From Polyangiales bacterium (lineage in GTDB: Bacteria > Myxococcota_A > Polyangia > Polyangiales > Polyangiaceae), in NCBI GenBank assembly GCA_038230375.1, contig JBBRNJ010000035.1:21379-85378 (forward strand): DNA of 64,000 nucleotides, written 5' to 3'. Below are positions 27,593-36,018 of this stretch, piece by piece. Made by a program: the position numbers and the translations under genes. The notes beneath the pieces were generated by a model. That model did no database searches. It saw only the letters and a program-made list of their open reading frames with translations, and was not told the origin of the DNA. Every line of letters starts with the position of its first letter. The first letter of the stretch is position 1.

Positions 27593-27801
27593 AATCGATG
27601 ATTATCACGAAGATCGATCGATCGTTCGTGATAATCGACGAAAAGATCGATACGAAAACGAACGGCAATTGGATGGAATGGAGGCCAAATCGCGCGTTTG
27701 ACGCCGTTTCGCTCGTTGCTCGGTAGGCGAGTGATCGTCAGGGACTGCACCGAGGGGGCTTCGAGGGAACTGATCCACTTCATCCGTCGCTTTGCGTCCA
27801 T
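27589..27801 (-). CDS. Putative 70-aa leader/upstream ORF
   Basis: AGGAGGTGA Shine-Dalgarno just upstream of ATG; TGA overlaps GTG of HTH-SpoIIE gene; no recognisable domain. Confidence 0.4.
   Translation of the reverse strand: MDAKRRMKWISSLEAPSVQSLTITRLPSNERNGVKRAIWPPFHPIAVRFRIDLFVDYHERSIDLRDNHRL
27600..27636. promoter_or_regulatory. Inverted repeat (operator or mRNA hairpin) upstream of HTH-SpoIIE
   Basis: GATTATCACGAA-(GATCGATCGATCG)-TTCGTGATAATC, 12-bp perfect arms. Confidence 0.7.
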
Positions 27802-27835
27802 GACATCACCTCCTGAAATCCTTCAAGACGCACGA

Positions 27836-28861
27836 TCACGGGATGAGCAGGACTTTGCCCTTGGCCTTGCGGTCGTGCAGGTAGTGGTGGGCGAGCGGCG
27901 CTTCGTCGAATGAGAACGACTTGTCCACGTGCGGGCGGATCTTCCCCTCTTCGTAGAGCTTCACGAGATCCGTGAACTCCTCGCCGAGCATGTCGAGCTC
28001 GCCGAAGAGGTGGCCCATGTTAACGCCCGCGATCGCCTTGTTGTCGTCCATCAGCTTCGTGGGTTTGTAGCTGGCCACCTTCAACAGCTGCAGGCCTGCG
28101 TGCAGCAAGCTGCGCGTCTTGCCGGAGGCCGCCGCGGACAGTCCGAAGGCGACCAGACGCCCTGCAGGCGCGAGCAGCTCGTAGCCTTGCGAGAAGCTCT
28201 TACCGCCCACGGGATCGAGCACGAGATCCACGCCGCGCCCGCCGGTCTTCTCGCGCACCTCCGTGACGAAGTCCGCGTCGTTGTCCATGCAGTGTGCAAC
28301 GCCCTGCTCGCGCAGGAACGCATGCTTCGATGCGGACGCGATGCCGAAGATCGTACACTCCTGCATCTTCGCGAGCTGGATGGCCGCGAGCCCCACGCCG
28401 CCGGCCGCGGAGTGGATGAGCACGCTGGACTTCTTTCGCAGCCGGCCGGTGAACATCATCATGTGGTACGCGGTCAGGTAGACCACCGGCAGCGCGGCCG
28501 CCTCTTCGAAGGTCATCGCGGGCGGCATCCTGAAGACCTGCCTTGCGTTGAGCACGAGCGTGTCCGTGTACCCGCCGAAGCGCGGCATGCCGAAGACGCG
28601 ATCGCCTTCCTTCAGCGTCTGCGCCTCCCCATCCTTTGCGGCGCCCACCGCATCCACGGTGCCCGACACCTCGTAGCCCACCACGCATGGGATCGGCGGC
28701 GCGTCCGGGTAGAGGCCCACGCGCGCCATGAGGTCCGCGAAGTTGATGCCGGCCGCGCGGACGCGGATGCGCACCTCGCCCGCGCCGGGCTCGGGGTCGG
28801 CGGCCTCGCGAACCTTGAGGACTTCGGGGGGGCCTGCCTTCGTGATCCAAACCTGTCGCAT
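27836..28861 (-). CDS. MDR-family (VAT-1/quinone oxidoreductase-like) dehydrogenase
   Basis: GINFAD, VGYEVSG, AAGGVG, GVDLVLD, GKVLL. Confidence 0.93.
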   Translation of the reverse strand: MRQVWITKAGPPEVLKVREAADPEPGAGEVRIRVRAAGINFADLMARVGLYPDAPPIPCVVGYEVSGTVDAVGAAKDGEAQTLKEGDRVFGMPRFGGYTDTLVLNARQVFRMPPAMTFEEAAALPVVYLTAYHMMMFTGRLRKKSSVLIHSAAGGVGLAAIQLAKMQECTIFGIASASKHAFLREQGVAHCMDNDADFVTEVREKTGGRGVDLVLDPVGGKSFSQGYELLAPAGRLVAFGLSAAASGKTRSLLHAGLQLLKVASYKPTKLMDDNKAIAGVNMGHLFGELDMLGEEFTDLVKLYEEGKIRPHVDKSFSFDEAPLAHHYLHDRKAKGKVLLIP

Positions 28862-28907
28862 GGCGGGACTCTACACCAAGCGGGCATCCGCCACCGCGCA
28901 GGCGGCG

Positions 28908-29885
28908 TCAGCGCGTGATCAGCTCGGACAGACCTTCGCTCGTCGCGTCTTCGTTCGTGGCCACCGCGACAATGGTGCCCGCCAGATCGCTCAGGTGATG
29001 GTTGCGCGTGGCAACGAATCCGCGGCCGGCGATTCGCGGCCCCATCGCTGCGAGCCACACGCGCGCGGACTCCGGGTACCTCTCACCGTGTTCGCTCCAG
29101 CCCTGCGAGCGTCCGTGGTCCGTGGTCACGAAGAGGTGTGTCGATGCGCCGCGCTCGCCCATGGTCGCGAGCGTCGCGTTGATGCGACCGATGAACGCGT
29201 CCGCACGCGTGCGCGCGTCGGTGTACCCACGCACGTTGCCCGCGTGCGCGTACTCGTCCGTGTCGCCAAGGCTCACCACCAGCACGTCTGGCTGGCTCTC
29301 GCGCAGGTACGCGAGCGACTGCTCCATGGTGCTCGGGTCGGGCCGATACGCGCCTCCGCCGGGAAAGGGCTTCTGTGTGTCGCCTTCGGGTCGACCAGCA
29401 GAGACGAAGAACGCGGGCGTCGTGTGGGCGACCGCGCTGCCGACCTTCTCCCACGAGGCGAACACGGCGACCTTCGCGCCGCGCGACGCGAGCTCCTCCA
29501 GGAACGTCGGCTGCTCGGGGCGACCGCAGTCGTTGTCGCGGCACGTTGCGGGTTGCCCGGTGAAGATCTCCGTGTAGCCAGGCATCGACACGAAGTTCGG
29601 GCCGCTCGCGTCGATGCGACCGTACCCTGGCGCGCCGAGCATGGCGCCTTCCCGCGCGATGAGGTCCCGGAGGACCGGCATGGCTCCGGCGCCAGAAGAT
29701 TCGTCGACCGAGGCGTAGACGTCCTGCCAGCGCACACCATCGATGGTGACCAGCACGACCGGAGAGGCATGTTCCATGGGCGCCATGATGGCGACCGGCG
29801 CGCTCCTCGATGCAACGCGCTGGGCGTCGTTCGGATCGGAGCATGTCACGAGGCAGAGACCGAACAGAGCGGGTTTTTTCCTCAT
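28908..29885 (-). CDS. Alkaline phosphatase-superfamily protein
   Basis: VLVTIDGVR, SMPGY.EI, DTDEYAH, TTDHGR, W..HG. Confidence 0.85.
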   Translation of the reverse strand: MRKKPALFGLCLVTCSDPNDAQRVASRSAPVAIMAPMEHASPVVLVTIDGVRWQDVYASVDESSGAGAMPVLRDLIAREGAMLGAPGYGRIDASGPNFVSMPGYTEIFTGQPATCRDNDCGRPEQPTFLEELASRGAKVAVFASWEKVGSAVAHTTPAFFVSAGRPEGDTQKPFPGGGAYRPDPSTMEQSLAYLRESQPDVLVVSLGDTDEYAHAGNVRGYTDARTRADAFIGRINATLATMGERGASTHLFVTTDHGRSQGWSEHGERYPESARVWLAAMGPRIAGRGFVATRNHHLSDLAGTIVAVATNEDATSEGLSELITR

Positions 29886-30022
29886 GAGCACTTCATGTGC
29901 ATGATGCACGTGACGAAGCCGCGACCGCGCGGTGCCTTCATCATTGCGGGAGCAAGATGTTGCGCTCGCGAGCGCCGAGCTTCACAGCGTTCACGCGTGT
30001 GTCACATGCCGGGGCCGATGCG

Positions 30023-30637
30023 TCAGCGAACGAGCAGCGAGTAGTCGTCCGCAACCGTCGCGCTCACCGTGATCGAGAGGGTGCCGGCCGTGACGGCGCG
30101 GACCGGCGAGACGTCGTCACCCATGGCGGTGACATTGATTCCCGCGCCCGTGACTGTGACGACCGCGCCCTTCGCGTGGAAAAGGACCTCCAGGCAGTCG
30201 CCCTTCTTGACGGTCATGATGAACGCGTCCTTCCCGCCCTTCGCGAGGTGCCCGCACACGGCTGCACCGAGAAGGAGCGGCCGCGCGGCGACCATGGGCT
30301 CCTGGATCTCCACGCCGACGACGGTGCCGGCCGTCCGCGCGGCGCACTGCCCGTACGGCTTGCTCGCGGCCGCGTTCACCGCGCACAGCAGCGCGCTCGC
30401 GTCCAGCGGCGGACTGCTCGCATCCGTGGATGATGCGGCGGCGTCATCCTTGCCCGGCGAAGGCGTGCTTGCATCGGCCGTGTCCGGGCTGGGGTCGCCG
30501 GTCGTGCCGCTGGCGCCCTGCGTCGGGTCGGTGGCGTTCGATTCCTGCGTCGTCGTGGAGTCCTGGATCGAGCTCACGCCGGCGCCGGAGCACCCGATCA
30601 ACGTGACACAGGCCGCGAACATCAATCCACCACGCAT
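30023..30637 (-). CDS. Hypothetical lipoprotein
   Basis: Lipobox LIGC; S/T/D-rich linker; beta-rich C-terminus; start placed downstream of the sigma54 site. Confidence 0.65.
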   Translation of the reverse strand: MRGGLMFAACVTLIGCSGAGVSSIQDSTTTQESNATDPTQGASGTTGDPSPDTADASTPSPGKDDAAASSTDASSPPLDASALLCAVNAAASKPYGQCAARTAGTVVGVEIQEPMVAARPLLLGAAVCGHLAKGGKDAFIMTVKKGDCLEVLFHAKGAVVTVTGAGINVTAMGDDVSPVRAVTAGTLSITVSATVADDYSLLVR

Positions 30638-30650
30638 GGAGGGCATTTAC

Positions 30651-30665
30651 GCAAGCGGGATGCCA
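30651..30665 (-). promoter_or_regulatory. Sigma54 (-24/-12) promoter
   Basis: TGGCATCCCGCTTGC on minus strand with GG-N10-GC spacing. Confidence 0.6.
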
Positions 30666-30778
30666 TCGCGAGCAACGCGCGCGGTTCACCCTGGCGGCCA
30701 TTTTCCTGGCTATTCCATCTGGTGTCGCGTGCGCGTGACATGCAGACGCTGACCATGCATGCACACGCGTCCCACCCG

Positions 30779-31732
30779 TCAGTGCGGAATCGCGCGGCGC
30801 GGTCTGGTGGTGACAGTGTGCCTGAACGCCTCGATGATCCGTGAGACGTCGAAGATCGAGTCCGTCGCGGACAGGAGCGGCAGGTAGAGCGAGCGCCTTG
30901 CGACGGCGTCTGCCTCGAACGTGAAGTAGAGGCTCATCAGCGGATTGACGAAGAGCTCGCCACCGCCGGTGCGCGAGGTGAACTGCACGTCGCCGAAGTC
31001 GCCAGAGATCGCGGCCGCGATGGAGCCATTCACGATGCTCGGGCGTGAAGGCGTGTGGGCCTGCGCATCACGGACTGCGTCCACGTACGCGGCGCCCGAT
31101 GGCGAGCTGCGCGGCACGGAGAACGCGCCGAGGTAGCCGCCGTCGCGATCGAGCGCCGCGACGTTCTCCAGGAAGTGCGCATGACAGACGCCATGGAACG
31201 TATCCACGCCGAAGCCGATGCAAGCGAGCAGCTTCACCGGGAGGTCGAGCGCGGCGGCAGCGGCCAGGCTGACCATGTCCTCTTCCGGAGTGCCTAGCCC
31301 TGCCTCGTCTCCACGCATGAGGATGTCAGTGCCGCCATCCACGAGCACGAGCGCATCCACGTTCTCGTGACGGACGAGCGCGCGATAGGCGGCCGTGAGC
31401 GGACGCACCCCGACCTTCTCGAACGCGTAAACGACGTCACGCTCACCACGCGCGCGAAGCCACCGCGCGAGCGTGCGCTCGGGGAAGTAGCGCTCCTCTC
31501 CCGTGGCATCCGCCGTCACGCGCGCGATGTTCGGCGCCGAGTACTCGATATTGGTCCCGCCAAGGTACGAGAACGAGAGGTTCGCGAGCACGACCTCCTT
31601 GCCCGCGGCGCGAAGCGCGAACGCGAGCGGAAGCCCCGCGTACACGTCGAAGCCACCACCCGCACCAGCGATCAAGATCCGCTGGGAGCGAGAGAGGCGC
31701 TGAAAGATCAGCGGATCGAGATCGTGCGGCAT
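30779..31732 (-). CDS. DUF1152-family protein
   Basis: AGAGGGFD, LANLSF, YFPE, LVDGGTD..MRGDE..LGTP.ED, GFGVD.FHG, FVNPLM. Confidence 0.85.
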   Translation of the reverse strand: MPHDLDPLIFQRLSRSQRILIAGAGGGFDVYAGLPLAFALRAAGKEVVLANLSFSYLGGTNIEYSAPNIARVTADATGEERYFPERTLARWLRARGERDVVYAFEKVGVRPLTAAYRALVRHENVDALVLVDGGTDILMRGDEAGLGTPEEDMVSLAAAAALDLPVKLLACIGFGVDTFHGVCHAHFLENVAALDRDGGYLGAFSVPRSSPSGAAYVDAVRDAQAHTPSRPSIVNGSIAAAISGDFGDVQFTSRTGGGELFVNPLMSLYFTFEADAVARRSLYLPLLSATDSIFDVSRIIEAFRHTVTTRPRRAIPH

Positions 31733-31775
31733 GCATATAAAGTATACATGACTCTTTTAAAGTCAATACCCCGCC

Positions 31776-31829
31776 CTCGACTTCGACTTCGACTTCGACC
31801 TCGACTTCGACTTCGACCTCGACCTCGAC
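31776..31829. repeat. YTCGAC hexamer tandem repeat (9 units)
   Basis: Visible directly downstream of the P450 stop. Confidence 0.95.
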
Positions 31830-31832
31830 CTT

Positions 31833-33170
31833 CTACCGGGCGCGGTCGAGTCGCTTCACGTGCGCCAGTAGACCGCTCTTCGGCATCGCAAAGAGGCCAC
31901 CCTTCGTGGGCGCGAAGCTCTGTTCGGGAAGTGTCCACTCGAGGTCGCGCAGCATGAGCGCCACGAACGCCTTCATCATGATGTCGGCCAGTGCCTCGCC
32001 CGCACAGCGGTGCGCGGTCGCGTGCGCGCCGCCGCCATGCGGAACCCACGCGCTCTCTTGCTTCTCGAGAGCCTTGCCGTCTCGCCAGCGATCGGGGTCG
32101 AACGCTGCGGCATCGGGGAACGTGCGCTCGTCCTGCAACGTCGACGCGATGCAGCCGATCGCCTTGTGACCCTTGGGCACGCGAATGCCCTCGCAGACGA
32201 AGTCCCGCTTCACCACGCCGAAGAACGTGACGGGCACCAGCGGCTGCGCGCGACGCACTTCCTTGCATACGCGCCCGGTGAGCGGCAGCCCGAGGAGCGC
32301 GTCGACCGTGAGAGGGCCATCGAGCGAGCGCACCTCCTTGCGGACTGCTTCCTGAAGGGCACGGTCGCGGCCGAGCTGCATCGCCAGGAAGGCGAGCGCG
32401 CCCACCACCGCGGCGTACGCACCGAAGAAATGAAAGAGCTCGATGCGGAGCTCCTCATCCGAGAGCTTGTCGCCGTCTTCGGTGCGCGCCGCACGGAGCC
32501 GCGCGAGCAGGCTCGTCGTCTGCCCTTTTCCCCCGGGTGACGGCGCCGTGCTCACCGCGGCCGCCACGCGCGCGCGAACGCGATCGCGGGCCCGCAGCGC
32601 ACGGCGATAGGTGGTGAATGGGAGATCGATAGGCACGCTCAGAATGCCCTTCGCCGCCGCATCGAAGAGGGCCTCGAATTCGGGATCGTCGGAGTCGGGG
32701 TCAGCCTCGATGAAGAGCGCACGCACGATGCTCATGCTCATGGACCCTATGGACGGCGCCCAGGTCATGGGCCCCATGTCGCTCCAGCGCTCGGCGTAGC
32801 GAGACATGACGCGCTCGATCACTGGCATGTATCCGTTGATGGCCTCCTTGGTGAACGCTTGCATCAACAGCGCCTTGCGCCGCCGGAAGGCGTCGTCGGC
32901 AAGAAACGGCACCGCAGAGGGATGGAAGATCGCTTGCAGGTGAGGCGGGCTGCCTCCGCTGCGGGTCACGTTGTCGTCGTCGAGGAAGGCCGTGAACGCC
33001 TCCGGTCCCACGAAGCATGCGACGCGATCGCGAAGGATCCTGCATTCGAACACGTTGCCGTGGGCCTTTGCCGACGAAGCCATGAACGCGGCTGGGTCGT
33101 TCAGGAACTGAAGCGTATTGCCGACGAGAGGAAGCCCAGACGCCCTGGGCATGTCGCGGAGCTCGCTCAT
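31833..33170 (-). CDS. Cytochrome P450 (atypical I-helix)
   Basis: GLPLVG, EVRR (ExxR), FDPDRW, PHGGG....HRCAGE heme ligand. Confidence 0.92.
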   Translation of the reverse strand: MSELRDMPRASGLPLVGNTLQFLNDPAAFMASSAKAHGNVFECRILRDRVACFVGPEAFTAFLDDDNVTRSGGSPPHLQAIFHPSAVPFLADDAFRRRKALLMQAFTKEAINGYMPVIERVMSRYAERWSDMGPMTWAPSIGSMSMSIVRALFIEADPDSDDPEFEALFDAAAKGILSVPIDLPFTTYRRALRARDRVRARVAAAVSTAPSPGGKGQTTSLLARLRAARTEDGDKLSDEELRIELFHFFGAYAAVVGALAFLAMQLGRDRALQEAVRKEVRSLDGPLTVDALLGLPLTGRVCKEVRRAQPLVPVTFFGVVKRDFVCEGIRVPKGHKAIGCIASTLQDERTFPDAAAFDPDRWRDGKALEKQESAWVPHGGGAHATAHRCAGEALADIMMKAFVALMLRDLEWTLPEQSFAPTKGGLFAMPKSGLLAHVKRLDRAR

Positions 33171-33304
33171 GTTGGACAACGTACAGTGCATCGCCGTGCG
33201 CCCGTTAGCTTGGTGACGGCTGGCGCGCGAGGCTCGAAATGTGCTTTGAAACAAGCGCTGTCAGTGCGAACGTGTGTTGGTACGCACGTTGCGTCCGCGC
33301 GAGC

Positions 33305-34258
33305 ATGACTTCTTCACGCGTCCTTTCTTCGAGCCTGTTCGTTCTCTCCGGGATGGTGGCCGCTTGCTCGCAGGCGAGCTCATCACCGGCCACGAATGTC
33401 GCCGACAGCGACGCTGGCGTTGTCGCGGACGCTGGCGATGTAGCCGATCCGATCATCGCCGCGCGCCCGTACAACATCTACGTGCCGCCCAGCTACTCCG
33501 CGGACAAGGCAGCGCCGCTGGTGCTCGCGTTTCACGGCTACGGGTCCGGTGACACCGGCAAGATCCTGGAGACGTACTTCAAGCTGAAGCCGGTCGCAGA
33601 CAAGGAAGGCTTCCTCTACATCACGCCAGACGGCCTGAAGGACAAGGACAAGCAGCAGTTCTGGAACGGCACGGACGCGTGCTGCGATTTCTACAAGAAC
33701 GGCTCGGACGACGTGGCGTACGTGCGAGCGATGATCGACGACGTCGCGAAGCACTACAACCTGGACCAGAAGCGCGTGTATGTCACCGGGCTGTCCGCGG
33801 GCGGCTTCTTCGCGCACCGCCTGGCTTGCGATCTGTCGGATCGGATCGCCGCTGTGTTCAGCGTGTCCGGCGCCACGTACGCGGATGCGAGCCGATGCAA
33901 GCCGAAGGACGGCGTTGCGATCGTGGAGATGCACGGCGACATGGATGACACCGTGCTCTTCGACGGCGGCACGATGGACTACGGCAGCGTCAGCAACGTC
34001 GCGTACCCATCGGCGAAGGACACTGTTGCGCACTGGGCGACGTACAACGGATGCACGGGCATGCTCGCGGACACGGGCACCACCTACGATCTGGAACAGC
34101 CTGTCGCCGGCGCGGAGACCCATGTGTCCACGTACGCTGGCTGCGCGAAGGGCGCGGTGGAGCTGTGGACCGTACAGGGCGGTCCACACTTCACCTATCT
34201 GACGCCAACGTTCGGCCCCACGGTGTGGAGCTTCTTCGCCGCGCACCCGAAGAAATAG
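33305..34258 (+). CDS. PHB-depolymerase/LpqC-like esterase lipoprotein
   Basis: PLVLAFHG, WNG..CC, DDVAY, TGLSAGG, HGDMD, GGPH. Confidence 0.88.
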   Translation: MTSSRVLSSSLFVLSGMVAACSQASSSPATNVADSDAGVVADAGDVADPIIAARPYNIYVPPSYSADKAAPLVLAFHGYGSGDTGKILETYFKLKPVADKEGFLYITPDGLKDKDKQQFWNGTDACCDFYKNGSDDVAYVRAMIDDVAKHYNLDQKRVYVTGLSAGGFFAHRLACDLSDRIAAVFSVSGATYADASRCKPKDGVAIVEMHGDMDDTVLFDGGTMDYGSVSNVAYPSAKDTVAHWATYNGCTGMLADTGTTYDLEQPVAGAETHVSTYAGCAKGAVELWTVQGGPHFTYLTPTFGPTVWSFFAAHPKK

Positions 34259-34411
34259 AGCGCTCGAGATCACGAAGAAATGGCCACCCTCGGATCCGCC
34301 AGGATCCAGATCGGAGCCATCCGTGACACGCCGATCCATCCGTTTTGCGCGGAAAAATCCACCGGCTGACGTGTCGTTTGACGTGGCATGAGGTGTGCTC
34401 GAAAGGGATGG

Positions 34412-35230
34412 ATGCCTCGCTCGTTGCTACTTCCCGGTCTGGTCGCGACGGCCCTCTTCGCATCGGTCGCCGCTCTCGGTGGCTGCGCCATGCAGAGCGA
34501 CGAAACAGCCAGCACCGAAGAGGACGCGAACACCCGTCCGCAGATGTCGATCTGCTTCAGCGGCCGTTCGCTTGGCGACAACCCGTATGAGTCGGGCGGC
34601 AACAGCGAGTTCGGCACGCTGTGCAAGGCGCTCCCCGGCCTGGTGCACGACGCTGGCGGGCACGACGCTGCCTATCCGTTCTTCCGGTGGAACTCGAACG
34701 TGGACCGCGCGCTCGACGTCCTTGTCTCCGCGCTCGACACCAACCACGACGGCTTCGTGACGAACATGGACACGGCGATCGATCTCAACGTCGTGGGCTA
34801 CTCGTGGGGCGGCTTCAACGCGCGGGATCTGATCGCGAAGGTGGCGACGGACCGACGCTTCTCACCTTCACGTCACGGCGTCGCGCGATTCTTCGCGCTC
34901 GATCCCTATCGCACCGACGAGCTGGTCTTCGGCAAGGCCGAGATCGAGATCCCCGCGAACGTGCGCACGCTCCACGAGTTCCGTCACACGGTCGCGCCCA
35001 CGAATGACTGCTCGCGCATCGCGTGGGGGCTCCTTGGCCCGTTCACCGGACGTACGCCGGAGTGCACCGGCACCACTGTCTGCCACGACTACGATTACAG
35101 CCTGGTGCCCGCCACGGTGAACGTGGATCACTGCGGAATCCCCTCGCACGCGACGCGCCCCGTCCTGCAAATCGTCCGCGGACAAGCCCCCACCACCCTT
35201 CCGCGCGAGCGCACTGTCGCGCGCTATTGA
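34412..35230 (+). CDS. Alpha/beta-hydrolase-like lipoprotein
   Basis: Lipobox GGC; VVGYSWGG nucleophile elbow; LDP; DH. Confidence 0.7.
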   Translation: MPRSLLLPGLVATALFASVAALGGCAMQSDETASTEEDANTRPQMSICFSGRSLGDNPYESGGNSEFGTLCKALPGLVHDAGGHDAAYPFFRWNSNVDRALDVLVSALDTNHDGFVTNMDTAIDLNVVGYSWGGFNARDLIAKVATDRRFSPSRHGVARFFALDPYRTDELVFGKAEIEIPANVRTLHEFRHTVAPTNDCSRIAWGLLGPFTGRTPECTGTTVCHDYDYSLVPATVNVDHCGIPSHATRPVLQIVRGQAPTTLPRERTVARY

Positions 35231-35296
35231 GCGAGCGGTAGGCGGAGTCTCGGTGTTAGGGTGCCGCCTCGCCCGCGCGGCCAGGAGGCCCACACC

Positions 35297-36016
35297 ATGA
35301 AATTTCACGCGCTCGCGTTCACTGCCTTGCTCACGTCGACATGGGTCCTTGCATGCGGCGGCGGCAACGCGCCCGCGAAGAGCGGGAGCAGCGGAGGCGG
35401 CGATGACGCGAAGAGCCTCGTCGAGCAGAAGCGCGCGTTCATGTCCGGCTGCACGAAGAAGGTGCCCGACGCGCCCGACTACTGCGAGTGCGCGTGGGAG
35501 CTCTTTGCCAAGGACTTCACCAGGGAAGAGATGAGCCAGCCCGCGGAGGACACGGACGACAAGTACCAGAAGAAGCTCATCAGCTTCAAAGAGGAGGTCA
35601 AGGTCTCGTGCGGAAGCAAGATGCCCGAGGGCCCCATCAAGACGTCGTTCCTCAAAGGCTGCGCAAATGGCGGCAAGCTGTCGGGCGAGTACTGCGAGTG
35701 CAAGTACTCCGAGTTCAGGAAGAAGCTCGCGGCCTCCGAGCTCACCGACGAAGAGATCGTGAAGACGCCGCGCTTCGTCGACGCGAAGAAGAGCGCGGTG
35801 AAGGCGTGCGGCGGGAAGATCGCCGAAGGCCCTGCCCAGGCGGAGTTCATCACGGGCTGCACCAGCTCCGGCGGCAGCAAGGAATACTGCGAGTGCGGCT
35901 GGAAGACGGCGCGCAAGACGTGGTCCGTTGGCGAGATGATGGAGGGCACGATGGAGAAGAGCGATCTCCTCGACAAGGTCCGCCCCGCCTGCGCGAGCCT
36001 CCAGAAGCCCAAATAA
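35297..36016 (+). CDS. Cys-repeat lipoprotein
   Basis: Lipobox LAC; three F..GC-x-YCEC repeats. Confidence 0.8.
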   Translation: MKFHALAFTALLTSTWVLACGGGNAPAKSGSSGGGDDAKSLVEQKRAFMSGCTKKVPDAPDYCECAWELFAKDFTREEMSQPAEDTDDKYQKKLISFKEEVKVSCGSKMPEGPIKTSFLKGCANGGKLSGEYCECKYSEFRKKLAASELTDEEIVKTPRFVDAKKSAVKACGGKIAEGPAQAEFITGCTSSGGSKEYCECGWKTARKTWSVGEMMEGTMEKSDLLDKVRPACASLQKPK

Positions 36017-36018
36017 CT

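Noticed and set aside
27803..27815. ATCACCTCCT resembling the 16S rRNA 3' end
   Set aside because: No other rRNA sequence; better explained as a minus-strand Shine-Dalgarno site
24576..27835. Calling the partner-switching region a mobile element
   Set aside because: No integrase, transposase, att site or target duplication seen
31749..31765. TGACT-N7-AGTCA inverted repeat upstream of DUF1152 gene
   Set aside because: Arms too short to call an operator without comparative data
34290..34350. Cluster of GATCC/CATCC words as another SigK-like promoter
   Set aside because: No correctly spaced CGAA -10 element found
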